A stretch of 64,000 nucleotides of DNA from contig CAKQSE010000002.1 in assembly GCA_934272785.1 (NCBI GenBank), positions 3,588-67,587 of the forward strand, read 5' to 3'. Position 1 is the first letter of the stretch. Every line of letters begins with the position of its first letter. Both the position numbers and the translations under genes were made by a program. This document shows, piece after piece, positions 48,338-58,701 of this stretch. This stretch comes from an uncultured Alphaproteobacteria bacterium. Lineage in GTDB: Bacteria > Pseudomonadota > Alphaproteobacteria > Rs-D84. The notes under the pieces were generated by a model that was not told the DNA's origin, did not search any database, and was given only the letters and a program-made list of their open reading frames with translations.

Positions 48338-49048
48338 TTATTTATTTTTTGTTGCGCGGATTTGCGCCGACGCCAACAGGCGTTCAAAATCAACCGCACG
48401 CCCCGCATCGGCGTCCAGCCAATCGGTCACGTGCGTAACAATGTTTTCCACATGGCGTGCAATCACCATTTTGTTATTACGATACCTGGTTTCGTTGACC
48501 ATGTGCAACAATTCACGCCCCAGCCCCGCCAGTGTCTGAATTTGCGGTGCGGACAGTAAATTTGCCTGGGCCGCGGTATAGACCAAGCCCTCTAATTCCG
48601 TATGATATGAACGCAGGGTTTCTATGGTCGACGGGGTCAAATGTATCTTGCGCGCGATTGCCGTCGCGGCCAATCCGTCCATCCGGTTCAGCGATTCCAA
48701 TGTTGCGCGCCCGCGCACCCCGATGGATTTACGCAACTGCATTATTATATTCAGCACCATGACATTTATCTTGTCCGTCATATTGGCGACCAGTGTGGTG
48801 CTGAGTCGGCTGGAAATCCGCGAATTTGAATAGTCATACAGCAAAAACACCAATGGTATCGACAGCAATGACGCCGCGATATTCGTCACCAAATCGGCCA
48901 GTTCTTTGTCGGCAATATTATCCTTGGTCACGATAAACAGCACCACCCCGCCCGCAATTGACAACAGGTATGGAATACTTTTCAGCATAAAATCACGGAA
49001 TCGCATGCCCATGTATCCAGCATACCAGAAATTATCCAATAAATTCAC
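48338..49048 (-). CDS. hypothetical membrane protein (2 TM helices plus helical cytoplasmic domain)
   Basis: Long ORF with two hydrophobic helices. Start uncertain. No family recognised. Confidence 0.55.
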   Translation of the reverse strand: MNLLDNFWYAGYMGMRFRDFMLKSIPYLLSIAGGVVLFIVTKDNIADKELADLVTNIAASLLSIPLVFLLYDYSNSRISSRLSTTLVANMTDKINVMVLNIIMQLRKSIGVRGRATLESLNRMDGLAATAIARKIHLTPSTIETLRSYHTELEGLVYTAAQANLLSAPQIQTLAGLGRELLHMVNETRYRNNKMVIARHVENIVTHVTDWLDADAGRAVDFERLLASAQIRATKNK

Positions 49049-49060
49049 AGGAACAAAATT

Positions 49061-50299
49061 CTAGGCCATTTCACCACCATACGGACGCACGGTGGTATTC
49101 GGCGTGGCATTGGGCATTGTTGCCCGACGTGCCGCACGACGACGCGCAAATATCATCGCCCACCCGCCCAGCGACACCAGCAACACCGCCAGAATCGCGA
49201 TACTGTTGCGCCAACTGCCCAATATAGAGCCCAGGCCGATTATCAAACAGATGACCATATATGACGCCTGGTCGGCAATGCTGTAAAACGATAAAACCTC
49301 CATCCTGTTTTGAGATGGGATTAAATTCTGGAATCGTGCATATAACAAAATCTTTATCACAGCGCAAATCACATATCCCGCACCCAACGCCGCCAGACCC
49401 CAAATCGTGTAATCCAGCGCAAACAGCCCGAAAAACGCACCTGCGACCATTATCATTACATACATTATCATTGGTGACATGCCGACGAACTTATGGGCAA
49501 ATGCCTGGCCAACGACCTGGCACGCCATGATAAAGAACGGCACCGCACCAATATATGACGCCGGCACCCCAATATCGTATCCAATCAGTGCCAGGTAATC
49601 ATTTAAATATGAAAAATTCGTCACCAACACACACAACACCAACATCGTCACAATCATCGGCGTTGCGCGCATTACCGACACGGCCCCACGTATAGATTTT
49701 ATAACCGAGCATCCGTTATCGGCGATTCCGCGGTATTTCTGAATTAGATTCATTCGCGATATAAACAGCATTGACAACGCCAGCGACACAATTGACAGCG
49801 CGGTTATCCATTCATACCCCCACACCCACAACAGCGATCCCGCGGACGACACCGCCGTGCCGATGGCGGCAACGTTCTTGCGCCGGCCCAGGATTCGTTC
49901 ATACGCCAATGTGTTTGTCCGCGCGCGCAATTCGTCATACAAAACATCTTCGGATACAACATTGTAAATTGCGCCATGCATTCCCCACAGCAGCATTCCA
50001 ACCGCGAACCCGGCAAATGTCGGCCACAAAATCCACAGGATAAACGCCGCGGCCTTTAATACCTGGCCGGTGAACAAAACATGCTTTGCCCCCAGACGTC
50101 GCGCCAGGTGCGCCACCGGAAACTGTGTCACCAGCACCCCGCCCGACCATAACATCAACAGAACAGATATGCCAAAATCACTGACCCCGCGGGACTGCAT
50201 AAACACGGCATAGACCGGCGCCAACAGCATTGTCGCGTTAAAGAACGTGTATCCATATATGCACGTCAAAAAATTTCGAACCGAATATTTGTCCGCCAT
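49061..50299 (-). CDS. MFS transporter
   Basis: 12 predicted TM helices with an MFS-like loop between TM2 and TM3. Confidence 0.8.
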   Translation of the reverse strand: MADKYSVRNFLTCIYGYTFFNATMLLAPVYAVFMQSRGVSDFGISVLLMLWSGGVLVTQFPVAHLARRLGAKHVLFTGQVLKAAAFILWILWPTFAGFAVGMLLWGMHGAIYNVVSEDVLYDELRARTNTLAYERILGRRKNVAAIGTAVSSAGSLLWVWGYEWITALSIVSLALSMLFISRMNLIQKYRGIADNGCSVIKSIRGAVSVMRATPMIVTMLVLCVLVTNFSYLNDYLALIGYDIGVPASYIGAVPFFIMACQVVGQAFAHKFVGMSPMIMYVMIMVAGAFFGLFALDYTIWGLAALGAGYVICAVIKILLYARFQNLIPSQNRMEVLSFYSIADQASYMVICLIIGLGSILGSWRNSIAILAVLLVSLGGWAMIFARRRAARRATMPNATPNTTVRPYGGEMA

Positions 50300-50361
50300 G
50301 TGGTGGGTGTATCCTCTCTCTTGCTGGGGGCATTATACACTATGTTTTATGGGCCTGTATA

Positions 50362-50389
50362 TTGATTTTTTTTCAAAAAACACTATAAT
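50362..50389 (+). promoter_or_regulatory. promoter of the 795-aa coiled-coil protein gene
   Basis: TTGATT-16-TATAAT. Confidence 0.5.
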
Positions 50390-50420
50390 TATATGTGTAT
50401 TGGATGCAAAGGATGTGCCC

Positions 50421-52808
50421 ATGGCCGTAAAGATGAACGATTTTTTATTACAGTATTATATGCAGCTGCGGTTTAACCACATGCCGGCCGAGGTTCGCGC
50501 CAAATACGACGAATATGCCAAGAACGACGATTTTCGCGGCAATATGAAGGATTGGAAAAAGAACCTGATGGGCAAACCCATGCCTGACCCGACCGAGGCA
50601 GGTGGCGCATGGGAACTGAGTGATGACGAGTGGAAAAAACTGTTCAAGGCATTTCAGAACGCGTTTCGTGCCATGGCCGCCGACCAAGGTTCGTTCAAAG
50701 AAAACAAGGACGCGAACGAATTCTTGAACGAATATTTTGGTGACGCGCTGACCCACCTGTTTTCAAACAGCACCGCCAGTAATGCCGCCGAAACCCAGAT
50801 TCAAGGTGCATTCAAATCATTTTTGACATTAAAACGCAACAGCCTGGAAATCTATTTCAAGCAATGGGGCCTGACAAACGATGATTTTTCGTATTCTGAT
50901 TTAATTGACGGCATTGGCAAAAAAGAATACAACGCATCGCCAAAATTCCAGAATAAAATCAAGCAAATTGCCCAGTATCTGACGTTCTATTCCAACCAGC
51001 CGGATTTTCAGACCGCGATTGGCATCAATGCGCCGTTGGATTTCAACGATATTGAAAACGGATTTGACGACGCAGCGATTGATCCCCAGAAAATGGATTA
51101 TTTCAAGCGGAATCACCGCGACCTGTTGGATACGCTGAATAACAAGTCCAAGGTTCTGGACGTTTTCAAAAATTACGATGGTGGCAAAATTTCCAAGCAT
51201 ATTGCCACCGCCAAGACCAAGGTCAATTATGACGACAAGGAATCTGACGACTATGTTCCGCCAAAACGCCAGGACGAATTGACCCCATGGCAGCAATTAT
51301 CCAAAAATGTCGGCGACACTTGGACCGATTATATGGACAAGTATGTCAAGTTGCGCGGCGACCGCCTGTATATGTCCAATTCGGCGAAACTGATTGTCAA
51401 GGCTTTAGATGGCGCAAAAATCAAACCGACCGATGGCCTGGCCAAGGTATTGGAAAACGCGGGCAAAATCAAAGAAAACCTGCGATACAAATCGCCAACC
51501 GCGACCAAACATTTTGATTGGTTCACCAAGGCAATGGGACAATTAAAGGAAACAATGCCCAAGGCATTTGCCGGCGCGCTGAAAAACGGTCGCCAGATGC
51601 GCGCGATTATATCTGAATTGATTATGATGGCGGTGCGCGATGGCAAGGTGGACGAGGCAAAAACCGCGATGGAGGTTTTGTCTGTCATCAAATACGGTTA
51701 CACCACCAGCAAGATTATGGACGCATTGGGCAAGGAAAAATTGTCTATATTTTCGGACAAGGGCCTGTCGTGGAATAAAAACGAAGGCGTTCAATTCGTC
51801 ACCACGGCCATGGATAAAAGTATCAAGGCCGCATTTATGGGCATTGGATACGGAATCACAATCGCGGGCAACGCAATCAAATTAAACGGCAGCAAATTCG
51901 GTGGTCGCGATACCAAGCGGATGCAGACCGCGCACAAGGACGCATTGACCAAAAATACGAACGACCTGACCGACAAAATCAATGAAACAAATCTGCGCAA
52001 CGCCCAGGATCGCCAGACAATCCAAAACGCCCAGAATACAATCAATCAAACGGGCATAACCGCGGCAACGGTGGCCCAAAAACGCCAGGATCTGCAAAAC
52101 GCCCAGAATATCGAAGAGCAAAAGAAAAACGCCCTGGATGCGGCACGCACGCAATTGAGTGATACGGACAAAAAACTGACCGAATATGCCGAAATCACAA
52201 ACGATTTGGCCGCGGCCCAGCAGCAGTTGCAACAGGTCCAGGCCGACCTGCAACAGGCGCAAACCGCGCTGAACGATCCGAACACGTTCAATGGCCTGAC
52301 CCCGCCAGAAGCCGACGCCCTGCGCACCAGTCTGCAACAGCAAATTGCCGGTATGCAGATGACGTCTGCGACGTTGCAACAAACGGTCACAAACCTGACC
52401 ACGCGCCAGCAACAGGCAATCCCAGATGTCCAGGCGGCACTGGCCAATCGCCCCGCATACGAGGCCGCATTTAACGCAGCCGAGGCTGACTATAACGCCG
52501 CCACCGCAAACACCGCCCAACTGAGCACGCCAATCCAGCAATTTGACGAGGCAACCCAAATCATTGACGAAATGAACACACGAATTCAAAAGCGCGATGA
52601 TGAAATTGCCAACTGGGACGACAATCACCAGGATAAATATCGCGAATTGATGGCGTATTGGGATTTCTTGGAATCCGGACGCGATTCACACACCGGGCGA
52701 CTGTATTCGTGGCGTCCAGGCAGTGCGTCCAAAAAACAAAAGAAATTCGACCAAAAATCCGGTGCGATGTTCCAGCAATACCTGAACCGGTATCAGTATG
52801 TGCCATAA
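50421..52808 (+). CDS. large hypothetical protein with Q/A/N-rich coiled-coil C-terminal half
   Basis: ORF 50247..52808 overlaps the MFS start. ATG 50421 follows an AAGGA SD and a TTGATT-16-TATAAT promoter. No signal peptide and no recognised domain. Confidence 0.7.
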   Translation: MAVKMNDFLLQYYMQLRFNHMPAEVRAKYDEYAKNDDFRGNMKDWKKNLMGKPMPDPTEAGGAWELSDDEWKKLFKAFQNAFRAMAADQGSFKENKDANEFLNEYFGDALTHLFSNSTASNAAETQIQGAFKSFLTLKRNSLEIYFKQWGLTNDDFSYSDLIDGIGKKEYNASPKFQNKIKQIAQYLTFYSNQPDFQTAIGINAPLDFNDIENGFDDAAIDPQKMDYFKRNHRDLLDTLNNKSKVLDVFKNYDGGKISKHIATAKTKVNYDDKESDDYVPPKRQDELTPWQQLSKNVGDTWTDYMDKYVKLRGDRLYMSNSAKLIVKALDGAKIKPTDGLAKVLENAGKIKENLRYKSPTATKHFDWFTKAMGQLKETMPKAFAGALKNGRQMRAIISELIMMAVRDGKVDEAKTAMEVLSVIKYGYTTSKIMDALGKEKLSIFSDKGLSWNKNEGVQFVTTAMDKSIKAAFMGIGYGITIAGNAIKLNGSKFGGRDTKRMQTAHKDALTKNTNDLTDKINETNLRNAQDRQTIQNAQNTINQTGITAATVAQKRQDLQNAQNIEEQKKNALDAARTQLSDTDKKLTEYAEITNDLAAAQQQLQQVQADLQQAQTALNDPNTFNGLTPPEADALRTSLQQQIAGMQMTSATLQQTVTNLTTRQQQAIPDVQAALANRPAYEAAFNAAEADYNAATANTAQLSTPIQQFDEATQIIDEMNTRIQKRDDEIANWDDNHQDKYRELMAYWDFLESGRDSHTGRLYSWRPGSASKKQKKFDQKSGAMFQQYLNRYQYVP

Positions 52809-52813
52809 CACAC

Positions 52814-52842
52814 TTGCATTTTTGGGCATTTTATGGTATAAT
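52814..52842 (+). promoter_or_regulatory. extended -10 promoter upstream of the tail-fibre-like gene
   Basis: TTGCAT-17-TATAAT with TGg immediately upstream of the -10. Confidence 0.5.
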
Positions 52843-52855
52843 GAGTCACATAATG

Positions 52856-52880
52856 ACACCGCCGATGGCGGTGTTTTTTA
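52856..52880 (+). terminator. hairpin plus T-run after the 795-aa gene
   Basis: ACACCGCC-GAT-GGCGGTGT followed by T6. Confidence 0.65.
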
Positions 52881-52922
52881 TTGCAGAAAAACAATCTCTC
52901 ATTTTAACCAAAGGATTTAACA

Positions 52923-53486
52923 ATGGCACGAATTTTGCAAATTCGCCGGGGCACCACCGCGCAAAATGATAACTTTACAGGACTGGCCGGGGAAATAACC
53001 ATGGACACAGAAACCAAGACACTGCGCGTGCATGATGGTGAAACGCTGGGTGGCGTTACACTGGCGCGCGCCGACGCGATTGCGGACGCATTATTTGATA
53101 TAACAACGGTTTCCGATGATTTTTGGAATGCACTGTTTGCGCGCATGGGCGTGACCACGCCGACACTGATGTCATCACGCGAACTGCCCATTTCATCGGA
53201 CGTCGTTTCAACATATACATTTAACACAACGCGCACACCGATTTTTGCGCGCGCTGTGCTGGTCTGCCACGCAGATGACGCCGGATACACCGCGGGCGAC
53301 ACGGTTGTCGCGTTTGGCATTGGCGCGCGCACCAATCCCGCCCCGAACGTCCGCCAGTCTGACGGTGGCGTCACGGTGCAACTGATTATCGGTTCTGAGG
53401 CGTTTTGGGTATCCAATCCCCAGGACGGCACGTCCACCCCAATCACCACCACCGCATGGCGTATGAAATACCTAGTTTACTGTTGA
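52923..53486 (+). CDS. protein with phage tail-fibre/hyaluronidase-type N-terminal motif
   Basis: ILQIRRGTTAQ...LAGEITMDTETKTLRVHDGETLGG matches the N-terminal motif shared by phage tail fibres (Mtd_N/HylP-N type). AAGGA SD. Confidence 0.6.
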   Translation: MARILQIRRGTTAQNDNFTGLAGEITMDTETKTLRVHDGETLGGVTLARADAIADALFDITTVSDDFWNALFARMGVTTPTLMSSRELPISSDVVSTYTFNTTRTPIFARAVLVCHADDAGYTAGDTVVAFGIGARTNPAPNVRQSDGGVTVQLIIGSEAFWVSNPQDGTSTPITTTAWRMKYLVYC

Positions 53487-53511
53487 AAAAATAAAAATAC
53501 TTTGCTATGCT
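53483..53511 (+). promoter_or_regulatory. promoter of ackA
   Basis: TTGAAA-17-TATGCT. Confidence 0.5.
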
Positions 53512-53536
53512 GGCGCACATAGAAAAGAGGAAACAA

Positions 53537-54793
53537 ATGTACATACTTGCATTGAACTGTGGGTCTTCGTCGTTGAAATACCAGGTTTTTGACGCGAATT
53601 CCAAAAAGGCCGTCGTTGGCGGTAATGTTGAAAAAATCGGTCTGCCGGATTCTTTTGTTACGCAAAAATATCCGGACGGCACCAAACAACGCAAAGACGC
53701 CGTTATGAAAAATCATGACGAGGCGTTAAACGTTGTTCTGTTCATGCTGCGCGAGGCGTCAATTGACCTGAACGAAATAAAGGGTGTTGGTCACCGCGTT
53801 GTTATGGGTGGTGATAAATTCGCATCGTCGGTTGAAATCACCGATGACGTTATGAAGACAATTGATAAATTGTCACCGTTGGCACCACTGCACAACCCAC
53901 CGGCATTGATGGGTATTGTGACCGCAAAGCAGTTATTGCCGAACGCGAAACAGGTTGCCGTATTTGACACCGCATTTCACCAGACTATGCCGGATTACTC
54001 GTATCGCTATGCCGTGCCGACCGCATGGTACACCGAATTGGGTGTTCGCCGCTATGGTTTCCACGGAACATCGCATTTGTATGTATCAAAACGCGCGGCG
54101 GCAATGCTGGGCAAACCGGCGGACCAGTGCAATCTGATAACACTGCACATCGGTTCGGGTGCGTCGGCGACCGCAATCAAAAACGGTATCTCGGTTGATA
54201 CATCGTTGGGTATGACACCACTGTCGGGCCTGACCATGGGCACACGTCCGGGCGATTTGGATCCGGGTGTTGTTCTGTATGTTATGAACACATTGAAATT
54301 GACACCGGACCAGATGCAGAAACATTTGAACAAGGATTCCGGTCTGATGGGGCTGACCGAATGCTATGCCGACCGTCGTGACGTCGAAGAAAACAAAGAA
54401 GGCAACGATAAATGCCGTCTGGCCATTGATACCGAAGTGCACAATGTGAAAAAATACATCGGCGCATATATGGCCGAATTGGGTCACACCGATGCATTGG
54501 TGTTCACTGCGGGCGTTGGCGAAAACGACGATTACCTGCGTGAACGCTTCTGCACAGGATTGGAAGAATTGGGTATCAAACTGGACAAAGAAAAGAATGC
54601 CGCAGCCCTGGCACGCAAGGGCGTTGACGAAGCTGTCATCAGCACACCTGACAGCCGCGTCAAGGTATTCATGGTTGCAACCAACGAAGAATTGGTTATT
54701 GTCGAAGATACATTGGCAATCATGAACGGCACATATAATCCAAATCATCTGAAAATGGATTATTCATTTGCTGGCGGTCAAAAGACCAGATAA
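53537..54793 (+). CDS. ackA: acetate kinase
   Basis: Start MYILALNCGSSSLKYQVF after an AGAGGA SD. Full-length AckA motifs (HRVVMGG, FHGTSH). Confidence 0.93.
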   Translation: MYILALNCGSSSLKYQVFDANSKKAVVGGNVEKIGLPDSFVTQKYPDGTKQRKDAVMKNHDEALNVVLFMLREASIDLNEIKGVGHRVVMGGDKFASSVEITDDVMKTIDKLSPLAPLHNPPALMGIVTAKQLLPNAKQVAVFDTAFHQTMPDYSYRYAVPTAWYTELGVRRYGFHGTSHLYVSKRAAAMLGKPADQCNLITLHIGSGASATAIKNGISVDTSLGMTPLSGLTMGTRPGDLDPGVVLYVMNTLKLTPDQMQKHLNKDSGLMGLTECYADRRDVEENKEGNDKCRLAIDTEVHNVKKYIGAYMAELGHTDALVFTAGVGENDDYLRERFCTGLEELGIKLDKEKNAAALARKGVDEAVISTPDSRVKVFMVATNEELVIVEDTLAIMNGTYNPNHLKMDYSFAGGQKTR

Positions 54794-54801
54794 CAAAAAA
54801 T

Positions 54802-54828
54802 AAAAAACGCGCCGTTGGCGCGTTTTTT
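54802..54828. terminator. bidirectional terminator (ackA / rph)
   Basis: A6-CGCGCC-GTT-GGCGCG-T6. Confidence 0.7.
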
Positions 54829-55543
54829 ATTCCAACACTTGTTTTTGTAATTCTATCAATTTCTGGCAACCGGCCGCGGCCATATTCATCAGTTCGGTAA
54901 TTTGTGCCGCGTCAAATGGATGCTGTTCACCGGTTGCCTGGATTTCTACAAATCGGCCGGATTCAGCAACAACAAAATTAGAATCCAATTCGGCCACGCA
55001 ATCTTCGTCATAATCCAGGTCCAACACCAATTCATCGTGAAACAGCCCCGCCGATATCGCGGCAACGTGTTCGCGGATTGGATTCTGGGATATACGGCCC
55101 GCCTGCATCAGGTGACGCACGGCCAGGCATAACGCAACAAAACCGCCCGTAATTGACGCACAACGCGTTCCACCATCGGCCTGAATCACATCACAGTCAA
55201 TTGTAATCGTGTGCCGCCCCAGCGCATCCATATCAACCACACTGCGAAATGCCCGTCCAATCAGACGCGAAATTTCCGCGCTGCGGTGATCCTTGGCAAT
55301 GGCGTCACGATTTTTACGCGTGCCACATGCGCGTGGCAACATTGAATATTCCGCGGTTACCCATCCGCCGGTCTTGTTCTGGACCCGTTTCCACAATGGC
55401 TGGTTTAAATCCACTGATGCCGTGCACAAAACCTGGGTTCCGCCCATTTTTATCAGACATGACCCTTCGGCCCATTTATTGACGCCTGTTTCCATGGATA
55501 CAGGACGCATTTGATTTGGCTTGCGCAGTGACGGACGTATCAT
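54827..55543 (-). CDS. rph: ribonuclease PH
   Basis: Full-length RNase PH with the phosphate-binding motif DGGTRCASITG. Confidence 0.95.
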   Translation of the reverse strand: MIRPSLRKPNQMRPVSMETGVNKWAEGSCLIKMGGTQVLCTASVDLNQPLWKRVQNKTGGWVTAEYSMLPRACGTRKNRDAIAKDHRSAEISRLIGRAFRSVVDMDALGRHTITIDCDVIQADGGTRCASITGGFVALCLAVRHLMQAGRISQNPIREHVAAISAGLFHDELVLDLDYDEDCVAELDSNFVVAESGRFVEIQATGEQHPFDAAQITELMNMAAAGCQKLIELQKQVLE

Positions 55544-55669
55544 TTTTTGCCTTTTGTTATATATTTATTATGTATTCAGTATATATTACCCCACCCCGAT
55601 TGCAATATTTTTTACATTTGCATTTTTGCACCTATGTTGTTATGCTGGGTGTCTGTTAAAGGAAGTTTT

Positions 55670-56698
55670 ATGTCAGCACAAGCAAAACGCGTGATTAAAA
55701 AGATTATCAGTTACTCGGGAATTTTCTTTTTTGTCCTGGCCGCTGGGATGTTATGGTGGCAACTGCGCAATTACACATTTTATGATATTATACACGCCAT
55801 TGCGGCGATTCCGTTGGCGAATTTGTTCGGGGCGTGCTGTGCGTGCCTGGCGGGGTATTTCGCGTTGTCGTTATACGATTTTCTGGCATTGAATTATGTC
55901 GGCGAAAGTAAAAAGGTCACATGGTGGAAATGGATGCTGGCGGGAATGCTGGGGTTCGCAATCAGTAACAATGCAGGTCACGCTGTGGTCAGTGGGGGCG
56001 CAATTCGGTATCGTCTGTACACCCGGTGGCGTATTCGCGGTGGCGACATTGTCAAAATGTTGACCATTTCTGGATTTACATATTTCCTGGGGTGCGCGGC
56101 AATCGTGCTGATTGGGTATTTCCTGGTTCCGCGCGATATATTCACGGCGTCGACCGGGGCGGCAGTTGGATTAAACGCACTGTTTATATTCTGTGCGGCG
56201 GCGTTACTGGCATATTTTGCGATGACATTACTGTTCCATGGCAAAAGCATTAAAATCGGCCAGATAAAGTTTCAAATTCCATCCACCAAGATGGCGTGGA
56301 TGCAGATGATGCTGGGCATTACGGACAGTGTTTTGGCCGGATTAGTGCTGTATTTCTGTCTGATTCCGTTTGTTCATATCCCGTTTGGGACATATATCGG
56401 CCTGTTTGTCATCGCCCAGACCACCGGCGTATTCAGCCAGGTTCCGGGTGGTATCGGCGTATTTGAAACCGTATTTATGTTGGCATTGCCCGACACCGTG
56501 GACAAGGCGAACATTTTCGGTGCCCTGTTGGCATACCGCATTATTTACTATGTGTTGCCACTGATTGGCGTTGGGGGACTGTTTTTCATATATGAACGCT
56601 GGCTGCGGGCGCGCATGAAACGCTGGGCCGACGAAGCGCGCGAAAAAATTTCCCAGATTCCTGCGAAAATCAAACATATTAAAACACGTAAAAAATAA
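55670..56698 (+). CDS. UPF0104/lysylphosphatidylglycerol-synthase-TM-region family membrane protein
   Basis: ORF 55547..56698. Start MSAQAKRVIKK at 55670. About 8 TM helices with a flippase-like domain pattern. Confidence 0.7.
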   Translation: MSAQAKRVIKKIISYSGIFFFVLAAGMLWWQLRNYTFYDIIHAIAAIPLANLFGACCACLAGYFALSLYDFLALNYVGESKKVTWWKWMLAGMLGFAISNNAGHAVVSGGAIRYRLYTRWRIRGGDIVKMLTISGFTYFLGCAAIVLIGYFLVPRDIFTASTGAAVGLNALFIFCAAALLAYFAMTLLFHGKSIKIGQIKFQIPSTKMAWMQMMLGITDSVLAGLVLYFCLIPFVHIPFGTYIGLFVIAQTTGVFSQVPGGIGVFETVFMLALPDTVDKANIFGALLAYRIIYYVLPLIGVGGLFFIYERWLRARMKRWADEAREKISQIPAKIKHIKTRKK

Positions 56699-56904
56699 AT
56701 ACCTTGCCATGATGGGGTTGGGCATGCTAGACTGGGACTTGTCGTATGACAATGGGGTATAGCAAGTGTTTGTATTATCACTATTTTATACATTTTGGAT
56801 TTTGCCGCTGGTTTATGCGGCTGTTTCCCTTGGCATGGGCTGGGACGCCCCACGGGGACGGAATGTATCCGTTGCATACGAACCCGCAACAAAAGGATTA
56901 CTAA

Positions 56905-58698
56905 ATGTCAAAGAAAATCTATGTGGACGCTGTCCACCCGGAAGAAACCCGCGTGGTGGTGGTGGATACTGCGACCAATCGTGTTTCTGATTTTGATGTT
57001 GAAACAACAACAAAGCCCCAGATAAAAGGGAACATTTATCTGGCCAAGGTTATTCGCGTAGAGCCATCGTTACAGGCGGCATTCGTGGACTATGGCACGG
57101 GCAAAAATGGCTTTTTGCCGTTCTCAGAAATTCATCCGGATTATTACCAGGTGTCGCCAGAACAGAAAAAGAAACTGTTGGAATTGGCGCACGCAAACAT
57201 CGTCGATGACGATACCGACCCTGATGACGAAAATGACGAGGTTGCCGAATACGACGACCACAGTGCCGGCGAAGATAACAAGGAATTTATCAAACGCGCC
57301 CGCGAATTCAAGATTCAGGACGTTATCAAACCAAAACAAATCCTGTTGATTCAGGGCGTCAAGGAAGAACGCGGTCAAAAGGGTGCGTCGATGACGACGT
57401 ATCTGTCACTGGCGGGACGTTTTGCCGTCTTGATGCCGAATTCCCGCAAACGCAACAGTTATGGCATTTCGAAAAAGATTTCGGACAAGGCCGAACGCGC
57501 ACGCCTGCGTGAAATTTTGCACGGCCTGAAAATCCCCAAGGGTATGACGGTCGTCCTGCGTACGGCGGCAATGGGTGCGGACGCAACATCGATTGCGGCG
57601 GATTATGATTACCTGGTGAATTTATGGAACGAAATCCGCAAGACAACACTGGAATCGGTCGCGCCGGTTACAATTCATACCGAAGATTCATTGCTGCGCC
57701 GCGTCGTGCGTGATTTCTTGGCGGACAAGGACGACGTTCTGGTTATCCAGGGTGAAGAAGCATATGATGCCGCCAAAACATATTTCCAGCAGATGTATGG
57801 TCGCGCCCCGCGCAAACAGTTGGTTCAATACAAAGATGTCGCGGTTCCATTGATGGTCAAGGCCGGTGTTGAAAAACAACTGGAAGGATTGCACGGCCCA
57901 TACGTCCAGTTGCCATCTGGCGGATCCCTGGTTATCAACCAGACCGAAGCAATGGTGACAATTGACGTCAATTCGTCCCGCGCGATAAAGGAAAAAGACA
58001 TCGAACAAACCGCCCTGAATACTAATTTAGAGGCCGCCGAAGAAATCGCACTGCAATTGCGCCTGCGTGACTTGGCGGGGATTGTCGCGATTGACTTTAT
58101 CGATATGGAAGAAGAACGCAACAACCGCAAACTGGAAATGAAAATGCGCGAGGTTATGAAACGTGACCGCGCCCGCACCCAGGTTGCAAAAATCAACGCG
58201 TTTGGCGTATTGATGTTGTCGCGTCAACGCCTGCGCAGCAGTTTTATAGAAACATCGTATGTCCAGTGTCCACACTGCTTGGGTGCCGGCGTTGTGCCAT
58301 CTATCCAGACGGCGGCGTTGATTATGTTCCGCCACCTGCAAGAAAAACTGTTGGCGAAAAGTGCCCAGAAAATCATCATGACGGTTCCGACCGATGTGGC
58401 GATTTACCTGTTGAATCACAAACGCGCCGAATTGGCCGCAATGGAATCAGAATTTGAAACCGAAATTGTGATTGTTGGCGACGACAGTATGATGAGCATT
58501 GAACAATATTCAATCCAACGTGTCGCGCCCGAGGCCGCCAAGACCGAGGATCTGTTGGACGCATACGCGCCATCGACCGATGCGAAAAAGAAAAATGCCC
58601 AGCATATGGATGCGAAAAAAACAACAATGAACGCACCACGTCGCAAGCGTAAAAAGCAGCAAAAGAAACAATCATTTTGGCAAAAACTGATTGGATAA
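56905..58698 (+). CDS. ribonuclease E/G family protein
   Basis: S1 domain (GNIYLAKVIRVEPSLQAAFVDYG) and a DNase-I-like/Zn-link region (CPHCLGAG). Acidic insert and basic C-terminal tail. 597 aa. Confidence 0.9.
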   Translation: MSKKIYVDAVHPEETRVVVVDTATNRVSDFDVETTTKPQIKGNIYLAKVIRVEPSLQAAFVDYGTGKNGFLPFSEIHPDYYQVSPEQKKKLLELAHANIVDDDTDPDDENDEVAEYDDHSAGEDNKEFIKRAREFKIQDVIKPKQILLIQGVKEERGQKGASMTTYLSLAGRFAVLMPNSRKRNSYGISKKISDKAERARLREILHGLKIPKGMTVVLRTAAMGADATSIAADYDYLVNLWNEIRKTTLESVAPVTIHTEDSLLRRVVRDFLADKDDVLVIQGEEAYDAAKTYFQQMYGRAPRKQLVQYKDVAVPLMVKAGVEKQLEGLHGPYVQLPSGGSLVINQTEAMVTIDVNSSRAIKEKDIEQTALNTNLEAAEEIALQLRLRDLAGIVAIDFIDMEEERNNRKLEMKMREVMKRDRARTQVAKINAFGVLMLSRQRLRSSFIETSYVQCPHCLGAGVVPSIQTAALIMFRHLQEKLLAKSAQKIIMTVPTDVAIYLLNHKRAELAAMESEFETEIVIVGDDSMMSIEQYSIQRVAPEAAKTEDLLDAYAPSTDAKKKNAQHMDAKKTTMNAPRRKRKKQQKKQSFWQKLIG

Positions 58699-58701
58699 AA
58701 C

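Noticed and set aside
56699-56904. Long (~170-200 nt) 5' UTR of the RNase E/G gene as an autoregulatory leader
   Set aside because: Only short, weak hairpins are visible. The idea rests on the E. coli rne precedent and has no sequence support here.
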